Shown here piece after piece: positions 38,779 through 47,178 of a DNA stretch of 61,516 bases (within the stretch, counting starts at the first letter, position 1; each line of letters opens with the position of its first letter). This DNA comes from a virus (lineage: Duplodnaviria; Caudoviricetes), in IMG/VR virus record IMGVR_UViG_3300031949_000035, positions 1 through 61,516 of that record. One strand, written 5' to 3'. A program made the translations under genes and the position numbers. Under the pieces are notes generated by a model, which did not search any database, was not told the DNA's origin, and saw nothing but the letters and a program-made list of their open reading frames with translations.

Positions 38779-38810
38779 GCCCCTGGTCCCTCCCCCGGCT
38801 CCCCCTCTAC

Positions 38811-38871
38811 ACCGGGGGAGCTTGATGGTGGGATCACGCGGCAAAAGCCGCAACCCACGGCGGGCAGCCGG
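38811..38871 (+). repeat. Double-hairpin leader, copy 2 (extended)
   Basis: 58 of 61 nt identical to 39321-39381. Confidence 0.9.
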
Positions 38872-38892
38872 AAACTCGAAAGGAGACAAACC

Positions 38893-39321
38893 ATGCAACA
38901 AAACTGCAATAAAATAAAAATGCCTATAGCTTTCGGAAACCACGCCGGGGTAGGGTTTTCCTTTGAAACCGGGCAAGTGGAGGTAAAGACCCTCCGCGCG
39001 GAGTTAAAAAAGATGGGGATAGTAGATGATGTTTTTGAATTTTTGGATGCGGCGCCATGTAAGGAAAGTTACGGAATGGTAAAACCGGGATTCGACTCCC
39101 GTCTCGCCCTCTTCGCCCCCGATTCTTTATGGGCAGTGGTTTTTGGGTGGAACAGCACCTCCGATCTTTGGGCAGTTGTGCAGTTTAAAACCGGAGATGC
39201 TATTCCCGGGCTGGTTCGTATGGCGGGCGGCGGGATAGGCACTATTCGCACTGTTCATGCAACACAGGAAAGCGCGGAGGCGGCATTGAAGGAAGCCTAC
39301 TATAAAATAAGGACCCCGTAA
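38893..39321 (+). CDS. Hypothetical early protein
   Basis: AGGAG SD; flanked by the 61-bp direct repeats. Confidence 0.7.
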   Translation: MQQNCNKIKMPIAFGNHAGVGFSFETGQVEVKTLRAELKKMGIVDDVFEFLDAAPCKESYGMVKPGFDSRLALFAPDSLWAVVFGWNSTSDLWAVVQFKTGDAIPGLVRMAGGGIGTIRTVHATQESAEAALKEAYYKIRTP

Positions 39322-39381
39322 CCGGGGAAGCTTGATGGCGGGATCACGCGGCAAAAGCCGCAACCTACGGCGGGCAGCCGG
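39321..39381 (+). repeat. Double-hairpin leader, copy 3 (extended)
   Basis: See copy 2. Confidence 0.9.
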
Positions 39382-39405
39382 GACACTTTTTTAAAGGAGT
39401 AAAAG

Positions 39406-39588
39406 ATGAAAAAAACCGAACTGAAAATTGCAAGTTTTGCCCAAGGGCAAAACAGGCGCAGCCTTAAAAAAATCAATGATTTGTATCATTTTGTTGACTC
39501 CACCGGCAGCGTTACTACTTTTGCTTTCCTCCCCCAGGCACTAGAGGCGTTCAACGCCGGATGCAAGGAGCCGGAACCGTGCGTATAA
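39406..39588 (+). CDS. Hypothetical early protein
   Basis: AGGAG SD. Confidence 0.6.
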   Translation: MKKTELKIASFAQGQNRRSLKKINDLYHFVDSTGSVTTFAFLPQALEAFNAGCKEPEPCV

Positions 39589-39884
39589 CTTACCGGTCCC
39601 GGATTCATGGGGAGTTTATAGAAATAGAGTTAGAGGTCTATTTCGACAATTTTAAACGCCTGGCCTCGGAGTCGCTACGGCCAAAAGACATTGAAATTTA
39701 TGATTTTGATGTTTTGGACGCTAACCATAGTTCAATGACGCTGCGTGAAATTGACGCCTACCTGCGCCGGGACGAACGCCGGACCATAATAGAGTTGGAG
39801 GGCTTGGCGGAACAGTTGATCCGAGAGGAAATGACGCAGATACGAGGCGAAAACGCGGCGGAGGCGAGGCCGTTCCGGTACTAA
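39561..39884 (+). CDS. Hypothetical protein
   Basis: Operon context; probable GTG start at 39579. Confidence 0.6.
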   Translation: MQGAGTVRITYRSRIHGEFIEIELEVYFDNFKRLASESLRPKDIEIYDFDVLDANHSSMTLREIDAYLRRDERRTIIELEGLAEQLIREEMTQIRGENAAEARPFRY

Positions 39885-40037
39885 CTTTTTGGAAAAGGGG
39901 AGAATAAAATGAGAGACCGAGAACCAATAGACCTGACTTTCGCTTTTACTTTTTTAGTCCTTTGCGTGTGCTTCTTTTTTATAGCCTTTTCATCAATTTC
40001 AATTTACTTTGCTTTCTACTTTTAAAGGAGAAATGGC

Positions 40038-40325
40038 ATGGAGGAAAAGCGGGGGCGCGGGCGTAAACCAGCTTGGGCAGACACGAGACAGGACATGCGC
40101 ATGTACGGAGGGATCAATAATTGTCGTCTTTTTTTAGACCTGCCGCAGCTTGAAGAAACGCCCAAGACATGCTTAAAATGCGGGAAGATTTTTTTGTCCG
40201 AGGGCAAGCATAATCGCCTCTGCGACCCTTGCAACGGCGTTGGAGTTACACTAGACGGGCCTGGCGTGGGAGAATGCAGTTGCGATTTTAAACGGTTTAA
40301 AATGACTCCCAAGGAGGGAAGCTAA
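40038..40325 (+). CDS. Zinc-finger protein
   Basis: CLKCGKIFLSEG..NRLCDPC. Confidence 0.7.
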   Translation: MEEKRGRGRKPAWADTRQDMRMYGGINNCRLFLDLPQLEETPKTCLKCGKIFLSEGKHNRLCDPCNGVGVTLDGPGVGECSCDFKRFKMTPKEGS

Positions 40326-40573
40326 TGAAAGAAAAACCCATGCAAATTAGTTTTTCAGAGGTGAAAATAATAAAATTTACAATTGACGGAGAAAGAACAT
40401 GCGCGGCGGCAACCGGCCGCCGCACTTGTCCTTTTTTACGCTATGAGCGTTGTGGAACAATAGAAATTTGTGCCTATGACTATAGTACACTTAACCGGCG
40501 CGGGGAGGACCAGTGTGGCACACTCATACCGTCAAAAACCTGTCCTTTGTGGGGGAAAAATGAAAACGTATAA
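40325..40573 (+). CDS. Cys-rich hypothetical protein
   Basis: SD, stop/start overlap. Confidence 0.6.
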   Translation: MKEKPMQISFSEVKIIKFTIDGERTCAAATGRRTCPFLRYERCGTIEICAYDYSTLNRRGEDQCGTLIPSKTCPLWGKNENV

Positions 40574-40742
40574 ATGCTTAAACTGTTTGACCGCCGCGGG
40601 CGGTGTCGGCCTTTTCGCGGAACCCCCGCGGGGCTGGACTTTTGCCCGTACAAAAGAAAATGAAAACGGTTTTATTTGCCCGGCTTGCTTGAAAGAGGTC
40701 GGTGTGCTGTGGACGATAAAGACATTTAAAGGCGCCCAATGA
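40560..40742 (+). CDS. CxxC zinc-finger protein (paralogue of next gene)
   Basis: YKCLNCLT..G.G...EPP.GWT...CPACLK. Confidence 0.6.
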   Translation: MKTYKCLNCLTAAGGVGLFAEPPRGWTFARTKENENGFICPACLKEVGVLWTIKTFKGAQ

Positions 40743-41077
40743 GCATAATAAACGTTGGTGATTTGGCATCTGAATTTTCACATTTCCCCTTATCCCCGGA
40801 AAAGGGGCCGGAAAAATATATCTGTCATTTCTGTCTGACAACAAAAGCGGGGACGGGCTTCTGGAGCGAGCCCCCACTGGATTGGACAAGTTTTTGCTCA
40901 CAGCGCCCGGACGGAAGTTGGAGTTTGTACCCAAGATGGTATTGTTGCCCAACTTGCCTTAAATCGTTGGGGTGCTACCCCTATTCGCATCCGGACTATG
41001 ACACAAAAGAGGCGAAGAGAAAAAGGCGATGGCGAAAACTATGGCGGAGGTTTAAAAAATTAATTAATTCACTTTAA
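40739..41077 (+). CDS. CxxC zinc-finger protein
   Basis: YICHFCLT..G.G..SEPP.DWT...CPTCLK. Confidence 0.65.
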   Translation: MSIINVGDLASEFSHFPLSPEKGPEKYICHFCLTTKAGTGFWSEPPLDWTSFCSQRPDGSWSLYPRWYCCPTCLKSLGCYPYSHPDYDTKEAKRKRRWRKLWRRFKKLINSL

Positions 41078-41089
41078 AAAGGGGGCGGG

Positions 41090-41389
41090 ATGCCACAAAA
41101 AATTAAAAATTTGGAGGATCCAAGGGCGTGGAGGAGTGGAATATTGCAATTAATAAAGATGTACACGCAGTTGTATATCGGTCTTTGCCCGCTATGCGAG
41201 ATAGCGGAATGGCTTAACCGCTATTACTTTGGGCGCCGTACTAAGTGTTCCCGGTGCCCGTGGGTTGTTTTCAGAGGGGAGACGTGCTGGGAAGCGGATT
41301 ACGGGGAGACCCCTGTAAAAAGGCGGCTACCGCGGTTAAGGGGATGGCTAAAAAGGGTAGAAAACCAGTTAAAAAGGGAGGGGAAATGA
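41090..41389 (+). CDS. Cys-rich hypothetical protein
   Basis: CPLC and CSRCPW. Confidence 0.6.
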   Translation: MPQKIKNLEDPRAWRSGILQLIKMYTQLYIGLCPLCEIAEWLNRYYFGRRTKCSRCPWVVFRGETCWEADYGETPVKRRLPRLRGWLKRVENQLKREGK

Positions 41390-41709
41390 ACCTCATAACT
41401 AGCTTGCTCAAGACACACTTCGGACCCGTGGCGAGGACTAAAGACCCCGCAGCTTCTTTTGTAGCCGGTGACCTCGCTCAAGAAAAATTCGCGCACAAAC
41501 ACCGGCAACTCCTGTTACAGCTGATAAAAGACAGGCCGGGGCTGACCACAAAAGAAATGGCCCGGTACTGTATACTGGAGCGCCACCAAATAGCGCGTCG
41601 GACCTCGGAACTACGCCGGGCCGGGCTTGTCCACCACTGTTCCTCCCCTTATTGTCGTGGCTGCGAACACACCGGCAAAGCGGAGATGAGGTGGTGGTCT
41701 GTGGTATGA
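41386..41709 (+). CDS. Winged-helix DNA-binding protein
   Basis: ART.DP..S..A, PGLTTKEMA, RRTSELRRAGLV. Confidence 0.75.
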   Translation: MNLITSLLKTHFGPVARTKDPAASFVAGDLAQEKFAHKHRQLLLQLIKDRPGLTTKEMARYCILERHQIARRTSELRRAGLVHHCSSPYCRGCEHTGKAEMRWWSVV

Positions 41710-41827
41710 AAAATTTTAAAAGTATTTTTTTCTGTCTGTTGTTATCTTTCGTTTTCATGATCTTATGTATAATAGTAGGGACTTGGACAGGGACTTGGAC
41801 AAAGTAGGTAAACCAAAGGAGGGGGAA

Positions 41828-41977
41828 ATGATCGACTATTTTTTTCTTGAGCAAAACTGTATAGAGGTTTCCGAATTCACGACGAAAAACACGATACTAC
41901 AAAAAATATGGGCACAGCGCGACGACAGGACCCCCGCCGACTGGGAAAAAGAATTGGAGGACGCAGACAATGTCTGA
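41828..41977 (+). CDS. Small hypothetical protein
   Basis: GGAGG SD before ATG 41828. Confidence 0.45.
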   Translation: MIDYFFLEQNCIEVSEFTTKNTILQKIWAQRDDRTPADWEKELEDADNV

Positions 41978-42161
41978 TTCCGAAATCCGGGTTATAGCCC
42001 TCTTTGTAGCTATCCCAGCCTTACTTATGCAACTGGCCTTGGCGCGGGCACTGCGCAAGGAAAGGCACTGCCAAGGCTGTAAGTGTTTCCCCGCAAAAAA
42101 AGGCTTGGGAGAAATTGAGCCGGACGTTATTATCTTAAATATTTTAAAGGAGAGGCGATGA
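41970..42161 (+). CDS. Small membrane protein
   Basis: GGAGG SD, N-terminal hydrophobic helix. Confidence 0.55.
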   Translation: MSDSEIRVIALFVAIPALLMQLALARALRKERHCQGCKCFPAKKGLGEIEPDVIILNILKERR

Positions 42162-42523
42162 TTATAGGGTTTGGGAGCGAGGAAACGGACACGGCAAAAA
42201 ATATTATTCTGGAATGCGCTATCGCGGGGGTAGCTGCTTCAAAAGCAAAAGCCGACGTGGATGCAGCTATGAAAAAAATACACGTGCGTCTCTTCGCGGA
42301 GGCGGAAAAATATAAAAAAATGGCAAAAGAAGACGCGCCGGACCGGTACAGTTATTTCTGGCACTACCACAACAAAATTAACGAAAGTAGGTTTATAGTT
42401 ACATTCAGTTTTGTGCATATTAACCGTCGGCACGCGCTGTCCAAAGATGGCTGGGCCGCGCTGATAACTGAGTGGGTCTTGGTGGTTGACGGCGATTCAG
42501 TAAAAATTTTTAGGGAGGCTTAA
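42158..42523 (+). CDS. Hypothetical protein
   Basis: SD, ATGA overlap. Confidence 0.65.
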   Translation: MIIGFGSEETDTAKNIILECAIAGVAASKAKADVDAAMKKIHVRLFAEAEKYKKMAKEDAPDRYSYFWHYHNKINESRFIVTFSFVHINRRHALSKDGWAALITEWVLVVDGDSVKIFREA

Positions 42524-42524
42524 A

Positions 42525-42815
42525 ATGACACATGACGCGCATGAGCTGGTAGAGAAAGTAGCGGCGGGGTTGAGAAGAATGGGGAAACCGCCGGATTTTT
42601 TGCTGTTTAATGGGGCTGACACCGGGGATTGGGCTTTTGATATACCGGAAATTTGTGGTATCCCAATTATACATAATTGGTGGCCGTTTCTGCGCCTACG
42701 CCTTTATGGGAGTGAGGATTGCCCCTTCCTGCCGTGTTTTAAAACTCCTTTTGAAGAAAATTATGCCGACATAATACAGTTTGGGCGGGGGTTCGAGGAA
42801 TACGCCAGCCGTTAG
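42525..42815 (+). CDS. Hypothetical protein
   Basis: GGAGG SD. Confidence 0.65.
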   Translation: MTHDAHELVEKVAAGLRRMGKPPDFLLFNGADTGDWAFDIPEICGIPIIHNWWPFLRLRLYGSEDCPFLPCFKTPFEENYADIIQFGRGFEEYASR

Positions 42816-42818
42816 CCA

Positions 42819-42964
42819 TTGACAACTATTTAATTTTTTTGTTATAATTAGCCATGTGTTTACGGCCAAACAAACAAATAAAAAAATCGCGGGACCCACC
42901 TCCCCGCCCGACCCCTTGTGAGCGTTTCGCTTGGCCGTGAACACCGCTCATGAGGGGTTTTTTA
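42819..42964 (+). promoter_or_regulatory. Promoter plus structured attenuator-like leader of the replication gene
   Basis: TTGACA-18-TATAAT; 42856-42869 pairs with 42931-42944, the loop of stem 42911-42958, which is followed by a U tract. Confidence 0.65.
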
Positions 42965-43014
42965 TGCCGCAAACCTTTGTAAACTTTTGTTAAAACCTTT
43001 AGCTAACATTTAAA

Positions 43015-43848
43015 ATGTATGTAAAAATCCATGAACAAATTTTTTCCTCCTCAATAATGGAAGAGGACATTGGAACGCGATATGTTTGGTTTTGCTTGTT
43101 AACTTTAGCCGACCAGGAGGGAGTCATAGATATGACCGTGCCCGCGATTTCGCGAAGAATTAACATTTCGGCAGAAGTAGTTCATCTCGCAATCCAAAAA
43201 TTTTTACTTCCCGACAACTCAAGCCGGACCCCCTCCTTTGAGGGCAGGCGACTTGAGAGAATACGCGAGAGTTTTGGGTGGATCATCTTGAATTATAAAT
43301 ATTATCGCGATTTGAGAAACGAGGAAGCGCGGCGGGAATATATGCGGGAATATATGCGGGTGAAACGGGACAAGAATAGTCCTGTTAACTCTCTGTTAAC
43401 ACCTGTAAACTCTGTGTTAGCAGTGTTAGCCAATACAGAAGCAGAAGCAGAAGCATATACAAAAACACATTGCGCGTTCCCAAAACCGGAACGCCCGGTC
43501 AATAAGCCTAAAAATTTGACCAACCCTGATATTAAACTTTTTGTCGATTACGCCTTTGAAACATTTGGGGCAAAATTCGACGGCGAAAAATTAAACATAA
43601 ATGGCGGCAAGGACGGCAAAATAATAAAACGCCTCCTCGGCACATACGACCTTGAAAAGTTGAAAAAACTCTGGGATAAATTTATAGAAAGCGAGGATGA
43701 ATTTATAAAAAAAACAGGGGTATCAATAGGAGTTTTTTCATCGCAAATCAATAAATTAATTTCGTCAAGATCGGTAGAAAACATAGAAAAATATTCTAAA
43801 TTCAATGGCTTACGCGAATTTATGAAGGGACAAAGTGACAAAAACTGA
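43015..43848 (+). CDS. Replication initiator (lambda O / replisome organiser-like)
   Basis: YVKIHEQI..SSI, LLTLAD..G, REYMREYMR, low-complexity linker with iterons, helical C-domain. Confidence 0.8.
   Translation: MYVKIHEQIFSSSIMEEDIGTRYVWFCLLTLADQEGVIDMTVPAISRRINISAEVVHLAIQKFLLPDNSSRTPSFEGRRLERIRESFGWIILNYKYYRDLRNEEARREYMREYMRVKRDKNSPVNSLLTPVNSVLAVLANTEAEAEAYTKTHCAFPKPERPVNKPKNLTNPDIKLFVDYAFETFGAKFDGEKLNINGGKDGKIIKRLLGTYDLEKLKKLWDKFIESEDEFIKKTGVSIGVFSSQINKLISSRSVENIEKYSKFNGLREFMKGQSDKN
43381..43431. repeat. Iteron-like repeats in the rep gene (candidate origin)
   Basis: TGTTAAC / TGTAAAC / TGTTAGC x5. Confidence 0.6.
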
Positions 43849-44179
43849 CTTTGGAAAAGGAATCGCGATTTTTCAGGCCGCGATGAATATAAAAATAGAA
43901 AGACCGACGCTTGAAGCCTGGTTTGAAAGCCTGAAAGACTTTGATTGTAAAGACTTTGAGTATGGCGTTAGCCGGTTAAGGGAGAATCTCGAATCTTTCA
44001 AAAGTGGGGATAATTTCGTGCCCTTGATAAAACCATATCTCTTTGAAAACAAAAGGAAAAGAGCTAAAATGGATGAGGGAAAAAATGTTTTAGCGATGCC
44101 GCCGGAAGACCAAATAAAGCTGGCTCGGCTGGCCATGTCGTCACTGAAGCCAGTTTTTTTGAAAGTAACTCCCCCGTAA
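43835..44179 (+). CDS. Helicase loader/inhibitor (G39P-like)
   Basis: MTK.DF.KG.......WFE.LKD; directly after rep. Confidence 0.6.
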   Translation: MTKTDFGKGIAIFQAAMNIKIERPTLEAWFESLKDFDCKDFEYGVSRLRENLESFKSGDNFVPLIKPYLFENKRKRAKMDEGKNVLAMPPEDQIKLARLAMSSLKPVFLKVTPP

Positions 44180-44295
44180 GATGCCCGCTAAGCTTAGGTT
44201 AGTAAGGCTGACGACGCTAAATAGAAAAGATTTTTATTTTTTGATACCCATGTATGGGTTTGTAAGCAGAGTCACCTTTTTGTAAGGAAATTTCA

Positions 44296-44541
44296 ATGAC
44301 AGAGCTAAAAGGACTCAAAAAGGCGCAAGCCTTGAATAAGGCCCGGCTTGAGTCCGGGGAAAGGATCGTTCTGAAAACGCCAATTGAACGGTTTGAAAAG
44401 AACAAAAAGTCGTTGCGGCTTGCAATAAACGCCAAATGTTTCGACTGCTCCGGGTTTGTTAAAACAGAGATAACTAAATGCGTGGCCACGTCCTGTCCAC
44501 TTTTTTATGTCAGGCCATATAAAAAAAGAATTGACAAATAG
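44296..44541 (+). CDS. Cys-motif hypothetical protein
   Basis: AINAKCFDC...CPLF.VRPY. Confidence 0.7.
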   Translation: MTELKGLKKAQALNKARLESGERIVLKTPIERFEKNKKSLRLAINAKCFDCSGFVKTEITKCVATSCPLFYVRPYKKRIDK

Positions 44542-44559
44542 CCGCAATTGCTTTATACT
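44531..44559 (+). promoter_or_regulatory. sigma70 promoter
   Basis: TTGACA-17-TATACT. Confidence 0.75.
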
Positions 44560-44585
44560 TATAAATAAATTCAAGGGATAGCAAA

Positions 44586-44792
44586 ATGACCGTAAAAGAA
44601 ATAAATAATTGGCTATTGTTTAACCGCCGCACCGTAGCTTGGCTAGCAAGGCTGTCCGATGTGTCGCAACCTCACATTTTTAGGTGCTTGAAGGGCCAAT
44701 GCAAATTTGGGAGTAAGGCATTGAACAAAATAATCCCCATAATGAAAAAGTTTGGGAGAAGGGGGATAGAGGGGGAAACGGATCACGTATAA
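44586..44792 (+). CDS. Cro-like HTH protein
   Basis: VAWLARLSDVSQPHIFRCLKG. Confidence 0.7.
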   Translation: MTVKEINNWLLFNRRTVAWLARLSDVSQPHIFRCLKGQCKFGSKALNKIIPIMKKFGRRGIEGETDHV

Positions 44793-44821
44793 AAACAAGG
44801 TAAATTGAGGAGAATAGGGAA

Positions 44822-45490
44822 ATGCCTGAATTGCTTTTTTTAGATATCGAAACCAGGCCGGGGCCTGAAAGTTTAAGGGATGAAATAAAATCAAACTTGG
44901 CTCCGCCCGCGACCATGTCGAAGCCTGAAACTATAAAAAAGTGGTGGGAAGAAAAAGGCGAGGCCGAAGTTGAGGACCGGTTCAGATCCACGGCTTTAAG
45001 CGCGGCAACGGCGAGGCTACTTTGTATAGGGTATGCCATAGACGCAGGCGACCCCATAGTTATACATGGAAACGACCGCGAAGGCGAAGAAGTTATATTG
45101 GGTGACTTTTTCAAAATGATGGATGATTTAATGGGAAAGTGTGGATGTTTTGATATTCGGATTGTCGGGGACAACTTGGGTTTTGACCTTAAGTTTTTAT
45201 ACCAAAAAGCGTGTATTTGGGGGATGAAGCCTCCCATTATGTTTTTACGCGAATGGAACAAACACCAATGGGACCGCTGCGACATTGGCCTTAAATGGGC
45301 GGGGTCGCAACAACTGAAGGACCGGGTTTCTCTAAAGAAAATAGCAGGGGCACTTGGCATCCCCTGCAAAACAAAACTGGAAGGCAGGCAGGTCTATGAC
45401 GCTTTTATGAAAGGGGGACATGCCGATATCTACGATTATTGCTCTGAGGACGTGCGTGTGATTAGAGAGGTTTGGGGGAGGTTGTTCTAG
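44822..45490 (+). CDS. PolB-related 3'-5' exonuclease (DEDD)
   Basis: LDIET, N.GFD, SLK.IA.ALG, YC.EDV. Confidence 0.85.
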   Translation: MPELLFLDIETRPGPESLRDEIKSNLAPPATMSKPETIKKWWEEKGEAEVEDRFRSTALSAATARLLCIGYAIDAGDPIVIHGNDREGEEVILGDFFKMMDDLMGKCGCFDIRIVGDNLGFDLKFLYQKACIWGMKPPIMFLREWNKHQWDRCDIGLKWAGSQQLKDRVSLKKIAGALGIPCKTKLEGRQVYDAFMKGGHADIYDYCSEDVRVIREVWGRLF

Positions 45491-45530
45491 CTTGAGAAAT
45501 AATTTAACTCTGTTTTAGGAGGAAGTTGAA

Positions 45531-46115
45531 ATGGTAGAAAAAAGGGTACGGCAGGTAACTCCGCTGGGTGAGGCAAAGTGGGCGCATGTGCATACACCCA
45601 AACCGCCATTTGTGGACGAGTCCGGCAAAATTCAAGGAACGCCGAAATATCAAATAGACCTTCTCTTTAACAAAGAAGACAAACCGTGGGCGGAATGGGC
45701 GGAAAAAGTGATGGGGAAAATGAGGGCACTGCCCAGCCAGATCGATAAGCGCACAGGGGACGCTTTGCCAAAGCAGTCACCCATAAAAAGAGAGCTGGAT
45801 GAGACAGACCAACCGACAGGGAGGTTCTACGTAACTTTCAAAACCTCGGAAAAATTTAAGCCGGGGATTTTCGATAGGTTTGGGGCTCCAATCCCCGAAA
45901 CCGTCTTAGTGGGCAATGGGAGCACGGCGAGGGTGAGTTACTCTGAGAATATATATAGCGCGTTTGGCGGGGGAATAAACTTTTACCTAAACGCCGTGCA
46001 GGTCCAGGATTTGGTTGAGTATAAGTCGCAAACAGCCGATTCTTACGGTTTCCCCGTTGAGGAAAACGACGACAATGGCGCGGCAGTAGAAGACGACGAC
46101 GATGTCCCGTTTTAA
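45531..46115 (+). CDS. ssDNA-binding protein (gp2.5/DUF2815-like)
   Basis: TP.G.A.WA, GNGS, YLNAVQV, acidic DDDVPF tail. Confidence 0.85.
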   Translation: MVEKRVRQVTPLGEAKWAHVHTPKPPFVDESGKIQGTPKYQIDLLFNKEDKPWAEWAEKVMGKMRALPSQIDKRTGDALPKQSPIKRELDETDQPTGRFYVTFKTSEKFKPGIFDRFGAPIPETVLVGNGSTARVSYSENIYSAFGGGINFYLNAVQVQDLVEYKSQTADSYGFPVEENDDNGAAVEDDDDVPF

Positions 46116-46163
46116 CTATGAAAATATGGCGGCAATGTGCATATTGTGGAGAGATCACAAATT

Positions 46164-46550
46164 ATGAGAAAAAAGGTGCATGAAAAATATGGCGGGCAAT
46201 GTGCATATTGTGGAAAGGTCATCACTCTAAAACAGATGCAAATTGACCACATTATCCCAAAACGGGCTCTCTCGGAAACAGAGAGATGCCTGATTGTTGG
46301 AGGCCGTAAATTTACCGAGTATGAATTAAACGATTTTCACAACCTGGCCCCTGCGTGTAGGCCGTGCAACAACTTTAAATCGGGGATGCCCTTGGAGGAC
46401 TTCAGACATGAAATAGCGGCGCAACCCGGACGGTTAAGGCACTACCGGAATCAGTTTCGCTTGGCCGAAAGGTTTGGCCTAGTGTCAGTCAACGATGTCC
46501 GGGTGGTATTTTTCTTTGAGAGCTATGATAGTTTCGTGGGGGGGATATGA
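46164..46550 (+). CDS. HNH endonuclease
   Basis: CAYCG, IDHIIP, NL.PACRPCN..K. Confidence 0.9.
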   Translation: MRKKVHEKYGGQCAYCGKVITLKQMQIDHIIPKRALSETERCLIVGGRKFTEYELNDFHNLAPACRPCNNFKSGMPLEDFRHEIAAQPGRLRHYRNQFRLAERFGLVSVNDVRVVFFFESYDSFVGGI

Positions 46551-46765
46551 TTTGCATGGACTGTAAACGTGAAGTTAAATATTTTCCAAGGGAAGGAGAG
46601 TTGCAGGCAATTTTGATTGAGTCTCCTCCACCTGGGGCAAGTGGAAATAGTATTTATAATTGCGAGGTATGTTATAACGCGCCGCTGACCGCAAACCCGG
46701 TCGAGGCATACGAAAAAGTGAAGGAGTTATTAGACCGGCGCGACCTTACGCGCTGTTTTTATTAA
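46547..46765 (+). CDS. CxxC hypothetical protein
   Basis: ATGA overlap. Confidence 0.55.
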   Translation: MICMDCKREVKYFPREGELQAILIESPPPGASGNSIYNCEVCYNAPLTANPVEAYEKVKELLDRRDLTRCFY

Positions 46766-46787
46766 TTCTTTATAATGTAAGTCTGAA

Positions 46788-46850
46788 GTCTAACTCTCCG
46801 CTTGAGGGGCGCGACTGAAAGGAGCGTCCCGCTCGAAGCGGTTGTTATGT
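46788..46850 (-). other. attC-like site 13
   Basis: GTCTAAC...GTTATGT. Confidence 0.85.
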
Positions 46851-46999
46851 TTCAAACAAACTATGCGTTTTCTGTCTCTATGAGCCTCCCCAGGCGGGGG
46901 ATAATCAGTGTGCAGAGAAATCACCTGATTTACAAAACGAGGCGACATCACCAACGCGCCTATCTACACATGACGGCTGGCCGATCCAGCCTCCTAAGA

Positions 47000-47087
47000 A
47001 GATAACGCCGTGCTGAACCGCACGGGAACAGACAAATGCCAAAACCGACCGCGCTTATTCCGTGTCGGTTCGAGCAGATTGTTAACA
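47000..47087 (-). other. attC-like site 14
   Basis: AGATAAC..TGCTGAACCG...CGGTTCGAGCA..GTTAACA. Confidence 0.85.
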
Positions 47088-47101
47088 CTTTTTGTTATTT
47101 T

Positions 47102-47178
47102 GCGGAGGTAGTTTAATTGGTAGAACAGTTGACATTCCAGTTAACCAGTGGCGGTTCAAACCCGACCTCTCCGCTCCA
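47102..47178 (+). tRNA. tRNA-Gly(TCC)-like element, non-canonical, overlapping the Mom-like gene start
   Basis: Acceptor GCGGAGG/TCTCCGC-T-CCA, D arm, TTCAAAC T loop; anticodon loop of 6 or 8 nt and a T-stem mismatch. Confidence 0.6.

Noticed and set aside
46164-46550. HNH nuclease as the cassette recombinase
   Set aside because: It is an ordinary phage HNH protein; being adjacent to array 2 is not evidence, and attC recombination is known to need a tyrosine recombinase.
47102-47178. Canonical functional tRNA-Gly or attP site
   Set aside because: The anticodon loop is irregular, the T stem has a mismatch, it overlaps a CDS and no integrase is present; kept only as tRNA-like.
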